DNA of 58,523 nt, the filler included, from Squatina squatina (taxonomy: Eukaryota), in the NCBI GenBank assembly GCA_031763465.1. It is 3 parts of 3 records of this genome, joined end to end, with 100 filler letters (N's around TTAATTAATTAA, not from the genome) between each part and the next. Parts side by side here need not be neighbours in the genome. Positions count along the whole stretch, not along the records: positions 40,845 to 58,523 come from JARFOE010000079.1; 2 more parts are not named here. One strand, given 5' to 3'. The notes under the pieces were generated by a model. The model saw only the letters and a list, made by a program, of their open reading frames with translations. It did no database searches and was not told where the DNA came from. The position numbers and the translations under genes were made by a program. Positions 49,030 to 58,523 of the stretch are shown one piece after another (positions within the stretch are counted from its first letter, which is position 1; the number at the start of each line of letters is the position of its first letter).

Positions 49030-51725
49030 CCTGATCACATGTCACTGTCCCTTTGTTGTGCAATCACTGGCAGCTGCAGGCCGAACACCTAAGCTTAAAA
49101 AGGCGGGGAGATGGTGGGGGTGGTTGACGGGTGATGGGGAAGCAGAGCAGAAATGCTTACAACCTGCAGAGCATTAAGGGGGCTCATATCTCACNNNNNN
49201 NNNNNNNNNNNNNNNNNNNNNNNNNNNNNNNNNNNNNNNNNNNNNNNNNNNNNNNNNNNNNNNNNNNNNNNNNNNNNNNNNNNNNNNNNNNNNNNNNNNN
49301 NNNNNNNNNNNNNNNNNNNNNNNNNNNNNNNNNNNNNNNNNNNNNNNNNNNNNNNNNNNNNNNNNNNNNNNNNNNNNNNNNNNNNNNNNNNNNNNNNNNN
49401 NNNNNNNNNNNNNNNNNNNNNNNNNNNNNNNNNNNNNNNNNNNNNNNNNNNNNNNNNNNNNNNNNNNNNNNNNNNNNNNNNNNNNNNNNNNNNNNNNNNN
49501 NNNNNNNNNNNNNNNNNNNNNNNNNNNNNNNNNNNNNNNNNNNNNNNNNNNNNNNNNNNNNNNNNNNNNNNNNNNNNNNNNNNNNNNNNNNNNNNNNNNN
49601 NNNNNNNNNNNNNNNNNNNNNNNNNNNNNNNNNNNNNNNNNNNNNNNNNNNNNNNNNNNNNNNNNNNNNNNNNNNNNNNNNNNNNNNNNNNNNNNNNNNN
49701 NNNNNNNNNNNNNNNNNNNNNNNNNNNNNNNNNNNNNNNNNNNNNNNNNNNNNNNNNNNNNNNNNNNNNNNNNNNNNNNNNNNNNNNNNNNNNNNNNNNN
49801 NNNNNNNNNNNNNNNNNNNNNNNNNNNNNNNNNNNNNNNNNNNNNNNNNNNNNNNNNNNNNNNNNNNNNNNNNNNNNNNNNNNNNNNNNNNNNNNNNNNN
49901 NNNNNNNNNNNNNNNNNNNNNNNNNNNNNNNNNNNNNNNNNNNNNNNNNNNNNNNNNNNNNNNNNNNNNNNNNNNNNNNNNNNNNNNNNNNNNNNNNNNN
50001 NNNNNNNNNAATGCTGTGCTGGTCCCAGTTCTTGTTTCTTATTGCAGCAAGGCTTTGACGTGATGTGTTAACTGGTCGGCGCTTACAGTATTTTCATTGT
50101 GTTGTTTAAATGGCAAATTACACTTGGAGAAGCCCACCAGACAAAGGCAGTAATTGAATCCTAACTGTTGACTTCAAACATTTTTGCACATTTGCTCGGG
50201 CGAACTGAATTTTCCACAAAAAAAAACTCCCCTGCCTTGATGCAGTCAGGCGAAATGAAATGCAATATTCTTTATCTGCCGCAGATTGCTGTGGATGAAC
50301 TGGTTTAATATGAGGTAAAATAAGATCTAGTGTCTTCCATCGCTCATCTGGCTGACAATTGGAAGTGATTCGGATCAATATTGCTCCACAGCCCGGAGGA
50401 CAGTGCTTCAATAGACGAGCTGGATGTATTCAAATTTTCTTTTCTTCCGTGTCAAATTAATTTCCATGTTATCCCAAAATTCAATTAGAAGGAGACCCAG
50501 TGTAACTAAAAAATGTCCAACATCCCAAAGTGACAAATTACACNNNNNNNNNNNNNNNNNNNNNNNNNNNNNNNNNNNNNNNNNNNNNNNNNNNNNNNNN
50601 NNNNNNNNNNNNNNNNNNNNNNNNNNNNNNNNNNNNNNNNNNNNNNNNNNNNNNNNNNNNNNNNNNNNNNNNNNNNNNNNNNNNNNNNNNNNNNNNNNNN
50701 NNNNNNNNNNNNNNNNNNNNNNNNNNNNNNNNNNNNNNNNNNNNNNNNNNNNNNNNNNNNNNNNNNNNNNNNNNNNNNNNNNNNNNNNNNNNNNNNNNNN
50801 NNNNNNNNNNNNNNNNNNNNNNNNNNNNNNNNNNNNNNNNNNNNNNNNNNNNNNNNNNNNNNNNNNNNNNNNNNNNNNNNNNNNNNNNNNNNNNNNNNNN
50901 NNNNNNNNNNNNNNNNNNNNNNNNNNNNNNNNNNNNNNNNNNNNNNNNNNNNAAACCATGGAAATTTTTTCACAGGAAACTAAATTGTCCCCAGACAAGT
51001 ACCTTGAAAATATACTGCGCTGGTGTTACAGAAATAAATTTGTGTCACTCTGGATATGCCTTTCTCTGTTAATGTCATTCACTACCGACCGATAAATGAG
51101 GAGACCACTGAAATACAATGGGTGTCCTGGCTCTGCTGTGGTTTCAGCTTGTCCCCCAACCGCTGAAATATTCTCCGCGTTATTAATTTGCAGCCAGGGT
51201 TTTTTTTTTACATTCATGAGGCCGAGATTGAAATGTAAATCAGGATTTAAATCAGTAGTCAGCAGTAGCGGAGGCTGTGTCAGTGACTCATGGACTTACA
51301 TGAGAACAGTTATCACTCAGAGAGATTAAGAGCACAGAACATCAATCATTGCTGCAGGGAAACAATGAATAAAGTGACCCAACATGGTGAAAAAAAAATT
51401 ACAAGAGCTGGGAAGTGGAAAAGGAATGTATTCCAGGGCTACCTGTTGATGCCGAGGGGGGGTGAGGTGGCTGCAATTAATCTGGTGAAATGTTCCTGAT
51501 CCACAGTTTTAAAGAAGCGTTAACCCTCCATGGGTTCAGGATAGCCATTATTGTGTGGCTGTGCGTCTCTTGCTTTTTAAATTAGAATAATATTAATCAG
51601 GAATACCATTCCCTCTCCACCCGGCNNNNNNNNNNNNNNNNNNNNNNNNNNNNNNNNNNNNNNNNNNNNNNNNNNNNNNNNNNNNNNNNNNNNNNNNNNN
51701 NNNNNNNNNNNNNNNNNNNNNNNNN

Positions 51726-52060
51726 AGAATTTTCAGCATCAGGCCGCAGCCAGGAAACCATGGGAATGGTTAGCGGAGACTCTGCCAGTGATTGGCCGGG
51801 GGGGGAGGGAGAGTGGAGGCACTGATTGCAATTGGTGGGAGTGGGGGAATAGCAAGGGAGGCCCAAGGCTTCCTTGTGAGGACCGCAGGAGAACTCCTGC
51901 CACACAAGGAAACCTGAAAAATAAATGTAACACTTACCTTCTGACCCAGGATTAGGCTCCCTGGTAGGTTTGTCTGACGGGGAGCCCACACTGCCGTCAC
52001 TGGTTTATTCTTTATTTTTCTGCTCCCCGGGAGTTTGCATCGCTAAGTGGCTGGGGAAAC
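51726..52060. mobile_element. Internal part of a GC-rich non-autonomous element
   Basis: G-rich tract then GGCTTCCTTGTG..GGAGAACTCCTGC..CACAAGGAA..CTTACCT, recalled as a recurrent shark repeat motif. Starts at a gap. Confidence 0.4.
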
Positions 52061-52604
52061 CAGTGCGTGAGGTTACATAGTCCGACAGATAAAGTGAGCA
52101 TTAATAACTGTAATCCAGATACTGGACATACAAAACGGGAACCATTAAAATATATAAAATGTGTACTTGAATTCTCATTGCTGTGATACACCAGAACATC
52201 CCTTTGTAATTTTTTGGATTTTTGTCTTTAGATCCTCTTAAGGGGTCATGTCTAAAGTTCACTAAACCAATCCAAAAACCAATTTAAACATCTGGCATTT
52301 CAGGAACTAACTCTGCCTAAGGACTTCCCATTGAGATTATCATATCCTGTTGCTGTGTACTTCATACACACAGAAGAGTGAATATCTGGAAATGACTGTA
52401 AAGCAGTTATCTAATCAAGGGATTTAGATGACTGCAGAACCCAGGAAGACAATCCTTAAGCAGTTTATAACTGCAACTGGAAGCTTGAGATTATATTACA
52501 GCCCTGAATTAATTCCCTGATATCTCTTTTCTTGATAATCTACACAGTTTTAATTTTGCCCGAGCAGTATTTATTTACTTTCTCGTCGCTGTGGGAATTC
52601 CTCT

Positions 52605-52819
52605 GGGCCCAATTTTAAGTTGGCCTGCCCAGCATAAATAGTGGCCTGTAAGTGGGGTTGGATTGTTTGTGGCCCTGTTTACATTGGCGCTACGGCCACC
52701 GCCATCTTAGAAAGGGCCTTCCTATGGGCGGCCGAAGCGCCCGCCTGCTTGTATGACATATGTAGGACCTGGATTGCAATTCTGAGCGACAGATGGGCGG
52801 AGCGCTTCAGCCATTTTGT
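52605..52819. mobile_element. GC-rich TIR element, left part, followed directly by a SINE
   Basis: Starts GGGCCCAATTTT. Internal inverted repeat GAAGCGCCCGCC / GGCGGAGCGCTTC. Confidence 0.5.
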
Positions 52820-53092
52820 GGTAGCTGTGGCTCAGTGGTAGCACTCTCGCATGTGAGTCAAGAAGTTTGTGGGTTCAAGTCCCTCTCTACAGACTTGAGC
52901 GCAGCATCCATGCTGACACTGCAATGAAGTACTGAGGGAGTGCTGCAGTGCAGGAGGTGCCATCTTTCAGATGAGACAGTAAACTAAGGTCCGCATGGCC
53001 TTCTTAGATGGACATAAAAGATGTCATGGCTCTATTTTGAAGACAAGTATAAGAGTTTTTCCTGGTGTCCTGGCCAATATTTATCCCTCATC
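52820..53092 (+). mobile_element. SacSINE1/DeuSINE-type SINE, 5' part
   Basis: Box A TGGCTCAGTGG (52828), box B GGTTCAAGTCC (52872) and Deu core GTACTGAGGGAGTGCTGCA..GGAGGTGCCATCTTTCAGATGAGAC. Confidence 0.9.
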
Positions 53093-54367
53093 NNNNNNNN
53101 NNNNNNNNNNNNNNNNNNNNNNNNNNNNNNNNNNNNNNNNNNNNNNNNNNNNNNNNNNNNNNNNNNNNNNNNNNNNNNNNNNNNNNNNNNNNAAGAAATA
53201 AAGATTTGCAAGGACAGAAAAAAAACCCTGTTTTGGTTGTGGTAAGACAGCACACAGCTGGCTGTCAGGGCCTGGTGTTAAGCTGTCATTTCTCCCTCAG
53301 AACACTTAAGAGCTCTTTGTTTTCAGGGTCTCTCTGCGAAGCAGATGCTTGCCTTAAAATAAAAGAATTCCTCCCGACTATCATAAAATTGAATAATGAC
53401 TTACTAGCCCAAGGTTTGCCTTGTTTGTTGAAGTTTATTAATGTTAACAATTGTTTTTTTTTGGGAAGGTGGGTTAAATAAAACAGATGTTAGCAACTAG
53501 CACAGAAAATCTACATGTCGGGGCCAAAGTGTAAGGCCAGATGGTCACTTACAGCCAATGTAATCTGGTATGCTCCACTGAGAGAAAGACTATTGATTAG
53601 ATTTCTCACTTCAGATGTGGGTCCAATATCTACACATGTCTACACTCATATCAGTTACTTGAAATCCTATACAGTGGCTGCAGAGTGGGAGATGAGATTA
53701 AGTGTTACCTATTACAATAAAATGAATGCACTCTCTCAAATCCATCTGTTGCCCATGAGCTGTTGCAAAGCTGGCTGTAACAATGCGAGTAATAACTCAT
53801 AAGCAATACGCGGGCCCGGGCCACAGATACATACAGGAGATTGCATACTTTTCTTTTTAGTCAATTCATTCGCTTGCTAAACGAGAAGACAGAGATCTGT
53901 TTCTGGCTGGAGTGACTGTGCGGTCACAAGTAAAAGAGAGAGCTAAAGACACTCGCACAACATCAACTCTTACACATCCCATCCTGATTTACATTACTGT
54001 CTTTCTGTGTAACCGTTGCTGTTTATTGTCACAGTATTAATACATATCAGACCAACTATATAATATCATGTTACACTAAAAATCAAAGTGTTTGGAACAG
54101 ATCCAGCCCAGAGGTGTTTAAGGTCAATATTCTGTCTTCTTCCTCATTCCACGGTAGCTTAAAAGGCATCCATCAAATAGCAGATTTTTTTTTTTAAATT
54201 GACGTCGATTGCAATTATCTGAAGATCTTTTTGTGGCCAGCCATACACTGAAACTCATCCTCATGCTTCAGAATCTTCAAACCACTGAGAATTCCACATC
54301 AGTAAAGCATAAGTTTGAGATCGAGCACCCACTCTCTCCCCATAAGGACATGCTGCAGTTACTGGAA

Positions 54368-54472
54368 GAAAAACTTGCATTTATATAGCGCCTGTCACCA
54401 CCTCAGCGCATCCCCAAGCGCTTCACAGCCAATGAAGTACATTCTTTTTCTTGGAGTGTAGTCACTGTTGTA
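54368..54472 (-). mobile_element. SacSINE1-type 3' tail
   Basis: ACTTGCATTTATATAGCGCC...CAAGCGCTTCACAGCCAATGAAGTAC. Confidence 0.85.
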
Positions 54473-54726
54473 NNNNNNNNNNNNNNNNNNNNNNNNNNNN
54501 NNNNNNNNNNNNNNNNNNNNNNNNNNNNNNNNNNNNNNNNNNNNNNNNNNNNNNNNNNNNNNNNNNNNNNNNGATGCACCAGTGCTATGAATCTGTGCAT
54601 TAATGTTACTGGTGCTAGTAGTGCTTTCACGGTTGTGGTATTTGCACTTGTGGTTGTCTGTCAGCTGCTCCATTTACAGAGGGCAGGATTGCATTATCTT
54701 TACAACCAATCAAATCACACAATAAG

Positions 54727-54897
54727 TAGAAAAACACACATTTATAGAGCAGCTTATCACATCATTAAAACATCTCATCGCATTTCACACATTCAGTTAG
54801 TTTCCAGTGCAGTGAGTGTTGATACATAGGCAAACCTAGCAGCCATTCTGCACCTGGAACATCTCACACACCATCAGTTTAATGACCAGTTAATCTT
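54727..54897 (-). mobile_element. SacSINE1-type 3' part, degraded
   Basis: CATTTATAGAGCAGC...GGCAAACCTAGCAGCCATTCTGCAC...AATGACCAGTTAATCT. Confidence 0.6.
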
Positions 54898-54989
54898 TTG
54901 TTTTGAAATCAAATAATGAATATCACATGTCTTTAGGGCTTTCGGAATAAACAACAATATAGGCACAACAACCTCAGCTTGACCAAATA

Positions 54990-55188
54990 AGAAGCTCTTA
55001 TTCATGCAAAGGATAGTGGAAATCTGGAACTCTCTCCACCAACAAGTTGTTGATGCTGGGGGGGTCAATTGAAAATTTCAAAACTGAGATTGATAGATTT
55101 CTGTTCGGTAAGCATTGAGATACAGATCTAATTGAATAGCAAAACAGGCTCGAGTGGCTGAAAGGCCTCCTCCTGTACCTATGTTCCT
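54990..55188 (+). mobile_element. CR1 3' end
   Basis: QRIVEIWNSL.QQVVDA-like sequence, tail GGCTCGAGTGGCTGAAAGGCCTCCTCCTGTACCTATG. Confidence 0.85.
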
Positions 55189-55926
55189 GTAATTACTTCT
55201 TCCATTTAAGTCCATCCATTTTCAACGTATTCATTCAAAATAATGCACTAATATAATGCAATGCAACGAGGGTTGTTGCAGATATAGGACAAGCAGCAAT
55301 GCTGGAGAATGTCTTGTCTCCTTTTCCCCCCATTTGCTTCACACACTTACGCTTCTATTGTAAACTCTCTGTCAGATTTTTAAACAGATGACTTGAATTC
55401 CATTGATTTTAGTGTGGCATTGTTGTTAAGAGCTGATCTGACTGTGATTCTACAGCTGGTGGGGTGCGCCATTTAACTCAATCAAATAAATGTGGTTTAA
55501 GTTAATCGGGTTCCCCCTCACCATAGTTGATACATTCAATCTGCAGCTGTAAAATATTTACCACCTGTTCAAACTACTTTAGTACTTTAATGTTAATCCT
55601 GCTCAAATTGACCTTAACGCTTGGGTGTAAAGATTACCAGCAATGTGAACATGAGCACCAATGTAACTTAAGGAGTTAACTATTTACACTTGAAGTGAAT
55701 TGACTTGTTACATTTTTGAGTCCTTTGTGCCCTTCTTATCCACAATGCTTAAGATTATGGATGAGTTCTTTGCTCTTCACAGACCCTGATATCTAAGTAT
55801 GTTTTGTTAACAGNNNNNNNNNNNNNNNNNNNNNNNNNNNNNNNNNNNNNNNNNNNNNNNNNNNNNNNNNNNNNNNNNNNNNNNNNNNNNNNNNNNNNNN
55901 NNNNNNNNNNNNNAACACCTCTGTTA

Positions 55927-56037
55927 AAAGAAATAACTTGCATTTATATAGTGCCATTCATGACCACTGGAAGTCTCAAGGCTCTTTACAGCCAATGAAG
56001 TACTTTTTTGAAGTGTAGTCACTGTTGTAATGTGGGA
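55927..56037 (-). mobile_element. SacSINE1-type 3' tail, followed by a short CR1 piece (56038-56095)
   Basis: AACTTGCATTTATATAGTGCC...GAAGTGTAGTCACTGTTGTAATG. The adjacent minus strand encodes ERLEKLGLLSLEQRRLNGD (CR1). Confidence 0.85.
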
Positions 56038-57079
56038 AATCTCCATTTAACCTTCTCTGCTCCAAGGAGAGCAATCCCAGTTTCTCTAGTCTTTCAACGA
56101 ATGTTATCCAGACACGGGTGAGATTCGTGTTGACTTGAGTGTCACACATATGCATCCGCACATGCACGCCTACTCCTGATGGCCAAAAGAGCCAGAGCTG
56201 GAGCCAAGTAGGTAGTAAGTCCTTTGGCTTTCAACTTAACTTTGGAAACAATTGTCTTTGTTTAAGTGTGCTCTAACTAATTGCTTCAGTGTCTCAAGCT
56301 GGGAAGCTGAGGGCGGTTGGCTTACATGCATATCACTCCTGTCACAGCCGGTTTGACTAACAAGCAATATGGGGGAGGGTATCATGGTGATTGGCACGAA
56401 CTTGGCTGACCTTGACTCCAGGAATTGCCTTTACTGACTTGGAGCCAGTTCAGCACTTGGCTCCCGACACCAGTGACAATTCTGTGGGCGCATCTCAACT
56501 GGCTGAATGTCTGGGAGAGGGAGTGAAGGGAGGCGGCAAGGAAAGCAGGCCTTGGAGCAAAGGATTCCTTTCATACTATGCTAACAAAAGGGACTTCAAT
56601 TGTAACTTCGCGGCAGCCAGAACACGAGGGCTGCAAGAGGGTTTTTCAATAAGCAAAGTGGACCAGCAGAGGGATTAATGCCTTTACATTTTCTCATTAT
56701 TTCCACTGGCATGGTAACAGGGAATCATTTATCAAAATGACATCGCCCTTCACTTTGCAAACTGATCACTGGCCAGGCAAATCCAGCACTTTACCTCAAG
56801 ACCCAGGGAAGGTTGTGTGACTGGGGAGAGGGAGGAGGGGCAGGTCACAATACACAACTGAACGTAGTTAGGACCGTCATCCTAATCAGGAACATAGGCA
56901 AGTTACAGGGTCCAAAATAGATGGAGAATATTTAATATGTCGCAGTCTATTCCTGGTTGGTTCCTCACCTGCGGNNNNNNNNNNNNNNNNNNNNNNNNNN
57001 NNNNNNNNNNNNNNNNNNNNNNNNNNNNNNNNNNNNNNNNNNNNNNNNNNNNNNNNNNNNNNNNNNNNNNNNNNTTCTT

Positions 57080-57432
57080 CGTGCGTTTGAGATGTTAGAT
57101 GCTGATAGTTTGTTTCCCCCGGCTGGAGAGTCTAGAACAAGAGGCCATAATATCCGGATTAGGGGTCGGCCATTTAAGACTGAGATGGGGAAGAATTCAC
57201 TCAGAGGGTTCTGAATCTTTGGACTTCTCTACCCCAAGGGCTGTGGATGCTGAGTCGTTGAGTGTATTAAAGGCGGAGAGAGATAGATTTTTGGATCCAG
57301 GGGAATCAAGGGATATGGAGATCGGGCAGGAAAGTGGAGCTGAGGTCAAAGGTCAGCCAGCCGTCCTCTTATTGAATGGCGGAGCAGGCTCGAGGGGCCG
57401 AATGGCCTACTCCTGCTCCTATTTCTTATGTC
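57080..57432 (+). mobile_element. CR1 LINE 3' end
   Basis: LFPPAGESRTRGHNIRIRGRPFKTEMGKN, tail GAATGGCGGAGCAGGCTCGAGGGGCCGAATGGCCTACTCCTGCTCCTATTTCTTATG. Confidence 0.9.
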
Positions 57433-58429
57433 CTTTACGAGGCAACTGGTAACTGAGCAATAAAGGCAGGCCATGCCATTGATGGCCCTGATCAGGAGCA
57501 TGAATTAAAAAAACAGAAACAAAAAGAAAACAAAGATTACTGCAGTTGGTGAGATTATAAAATACATCTTCAATCCATGTAACCATAAAGCAAACAAGAA
57601 AGCTTGTGCAGGCAACAGGGGGAAACCAAGTGTAAATGGGAACTGTCGTCTTTCAGGTGATCAGAGTCTGCAAAGTGATCACCAGTAACTAACTATGAAA
57701 ACTCCGGCTGTTTTACCCTGAGTACCTTAAACATTTACATTTTGCAGGGTTCATTTAAAACATCTGTGCCGCCATTCCTCATAAAAATGACAGAACTGGG
57801 CATTAAAATCACCAGAAAATGACAACCATTCATCTCTTGCGAGCTTTGTTGAAAGCTGCAGGGCTCCGTGAATTTTTGCTGCTGAAGTTACTGAATAGCC
57901 ACTAAAAATAAAGAGCGATGGCGAAAAGGGTGATTTCAATTGCAAGGAATTAAAACATTTGCTTTTGATTTCTGAGCCCTTCACTCTCCAACCTGTCAAT
58001 CACGAAGCCTCTGTGCGAATCTATGTGCTGCACTTTTCCCTCGATAACCGAAGCACAGGTCATATACATCCTAGCCTTCTGCTGCTGCTTTCTAAGTGGG
58101 GAAGTAGGAACCTTTGCTTCAGGGGGGAAATAAATTGCAGATGGGAATGATCTGTAAAAGACGTGCCTTCAGCTGTAGGGGCCCATGATTCAACCTTGGC
58201 ACAGAGGCATTGGGGGCACAGTGGCCAGGGGCCACACAAACCTGCCAGGAAAGGACCAGCTGGCCGATCAAGTCTGTCCCTTCCTGGCATGGTGTAACTT
58301 CCATGCACCGTCAGTCACCCTTCATTCCCTCCCCTTCTCCCCAACACAATAACCTGGGGGGAAAAAAAGAGGAAAAAAATGTGGAAATCCCTCTCCGATC
58401 CTGGAAAGCGACCACGCAAGTTCCACCAA

Positions 58430-58510
58430 ACCACTTCTGCGGCGGATGCAGAATGTCCGGCCCTGGAGAGGTTACTGCCCCTAACCGGGGCGATAGCCAA
58501 TTTAGCCCCC
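58430..58510. mobile_element. GC-rich TIR element, right end
   Basis: CpG-rich and ends CCAATTTAGCCCC. Confidence 0.4.
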
Positions 58511-58523
58511 GCAAAACTTGGCA

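Overview
Eukaryotic, repeat-rich genomic DNA, most likely from a shark or other cartilaginous fish. That assignment is inferred from the repeat content: SacSINE1/DeuSINE-type SINEs, CR1 and L2 LINE relics, a Penelope-like end and GC-rich TIR elements. It is a fragmented short-read scaffold of 1-3 kb contigs joined mostly by 100-N gaps, plus two artificial N44-TTAATTAATTAA-N44 linkers that split the window into three blocks (1-15848, 15949-40744, 40845-58523). Recognisable host coding sequence: the complete SMIM12 CDS (14007-14291, -), the penultimate SF3A3 exon (9169-9224, +) and one BLTP1/KIAA1109 exon (31784-31934, +). The most interesting unexplained item is a probable terminal exon (12309-12575, +) of a cysteine-rich, Ly6/uPAR-like, probably GPI-anchored protein. 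There is also a clean unidentified 93-nt exon (40410-40502) and a decayed, intron-containing Myb/SANT gene of a PIF/Harbinger transposon (20315-21153). I see no CRISPR array, rRNA, true tRNA, viral or prokaryotic system and cannot support a new multi-gene system. Gene adjacencies are unreliable because of the assembly structure. Identifications come from remembered protein and repeat motifs, not database searches, and repeat boundaries are approximate.
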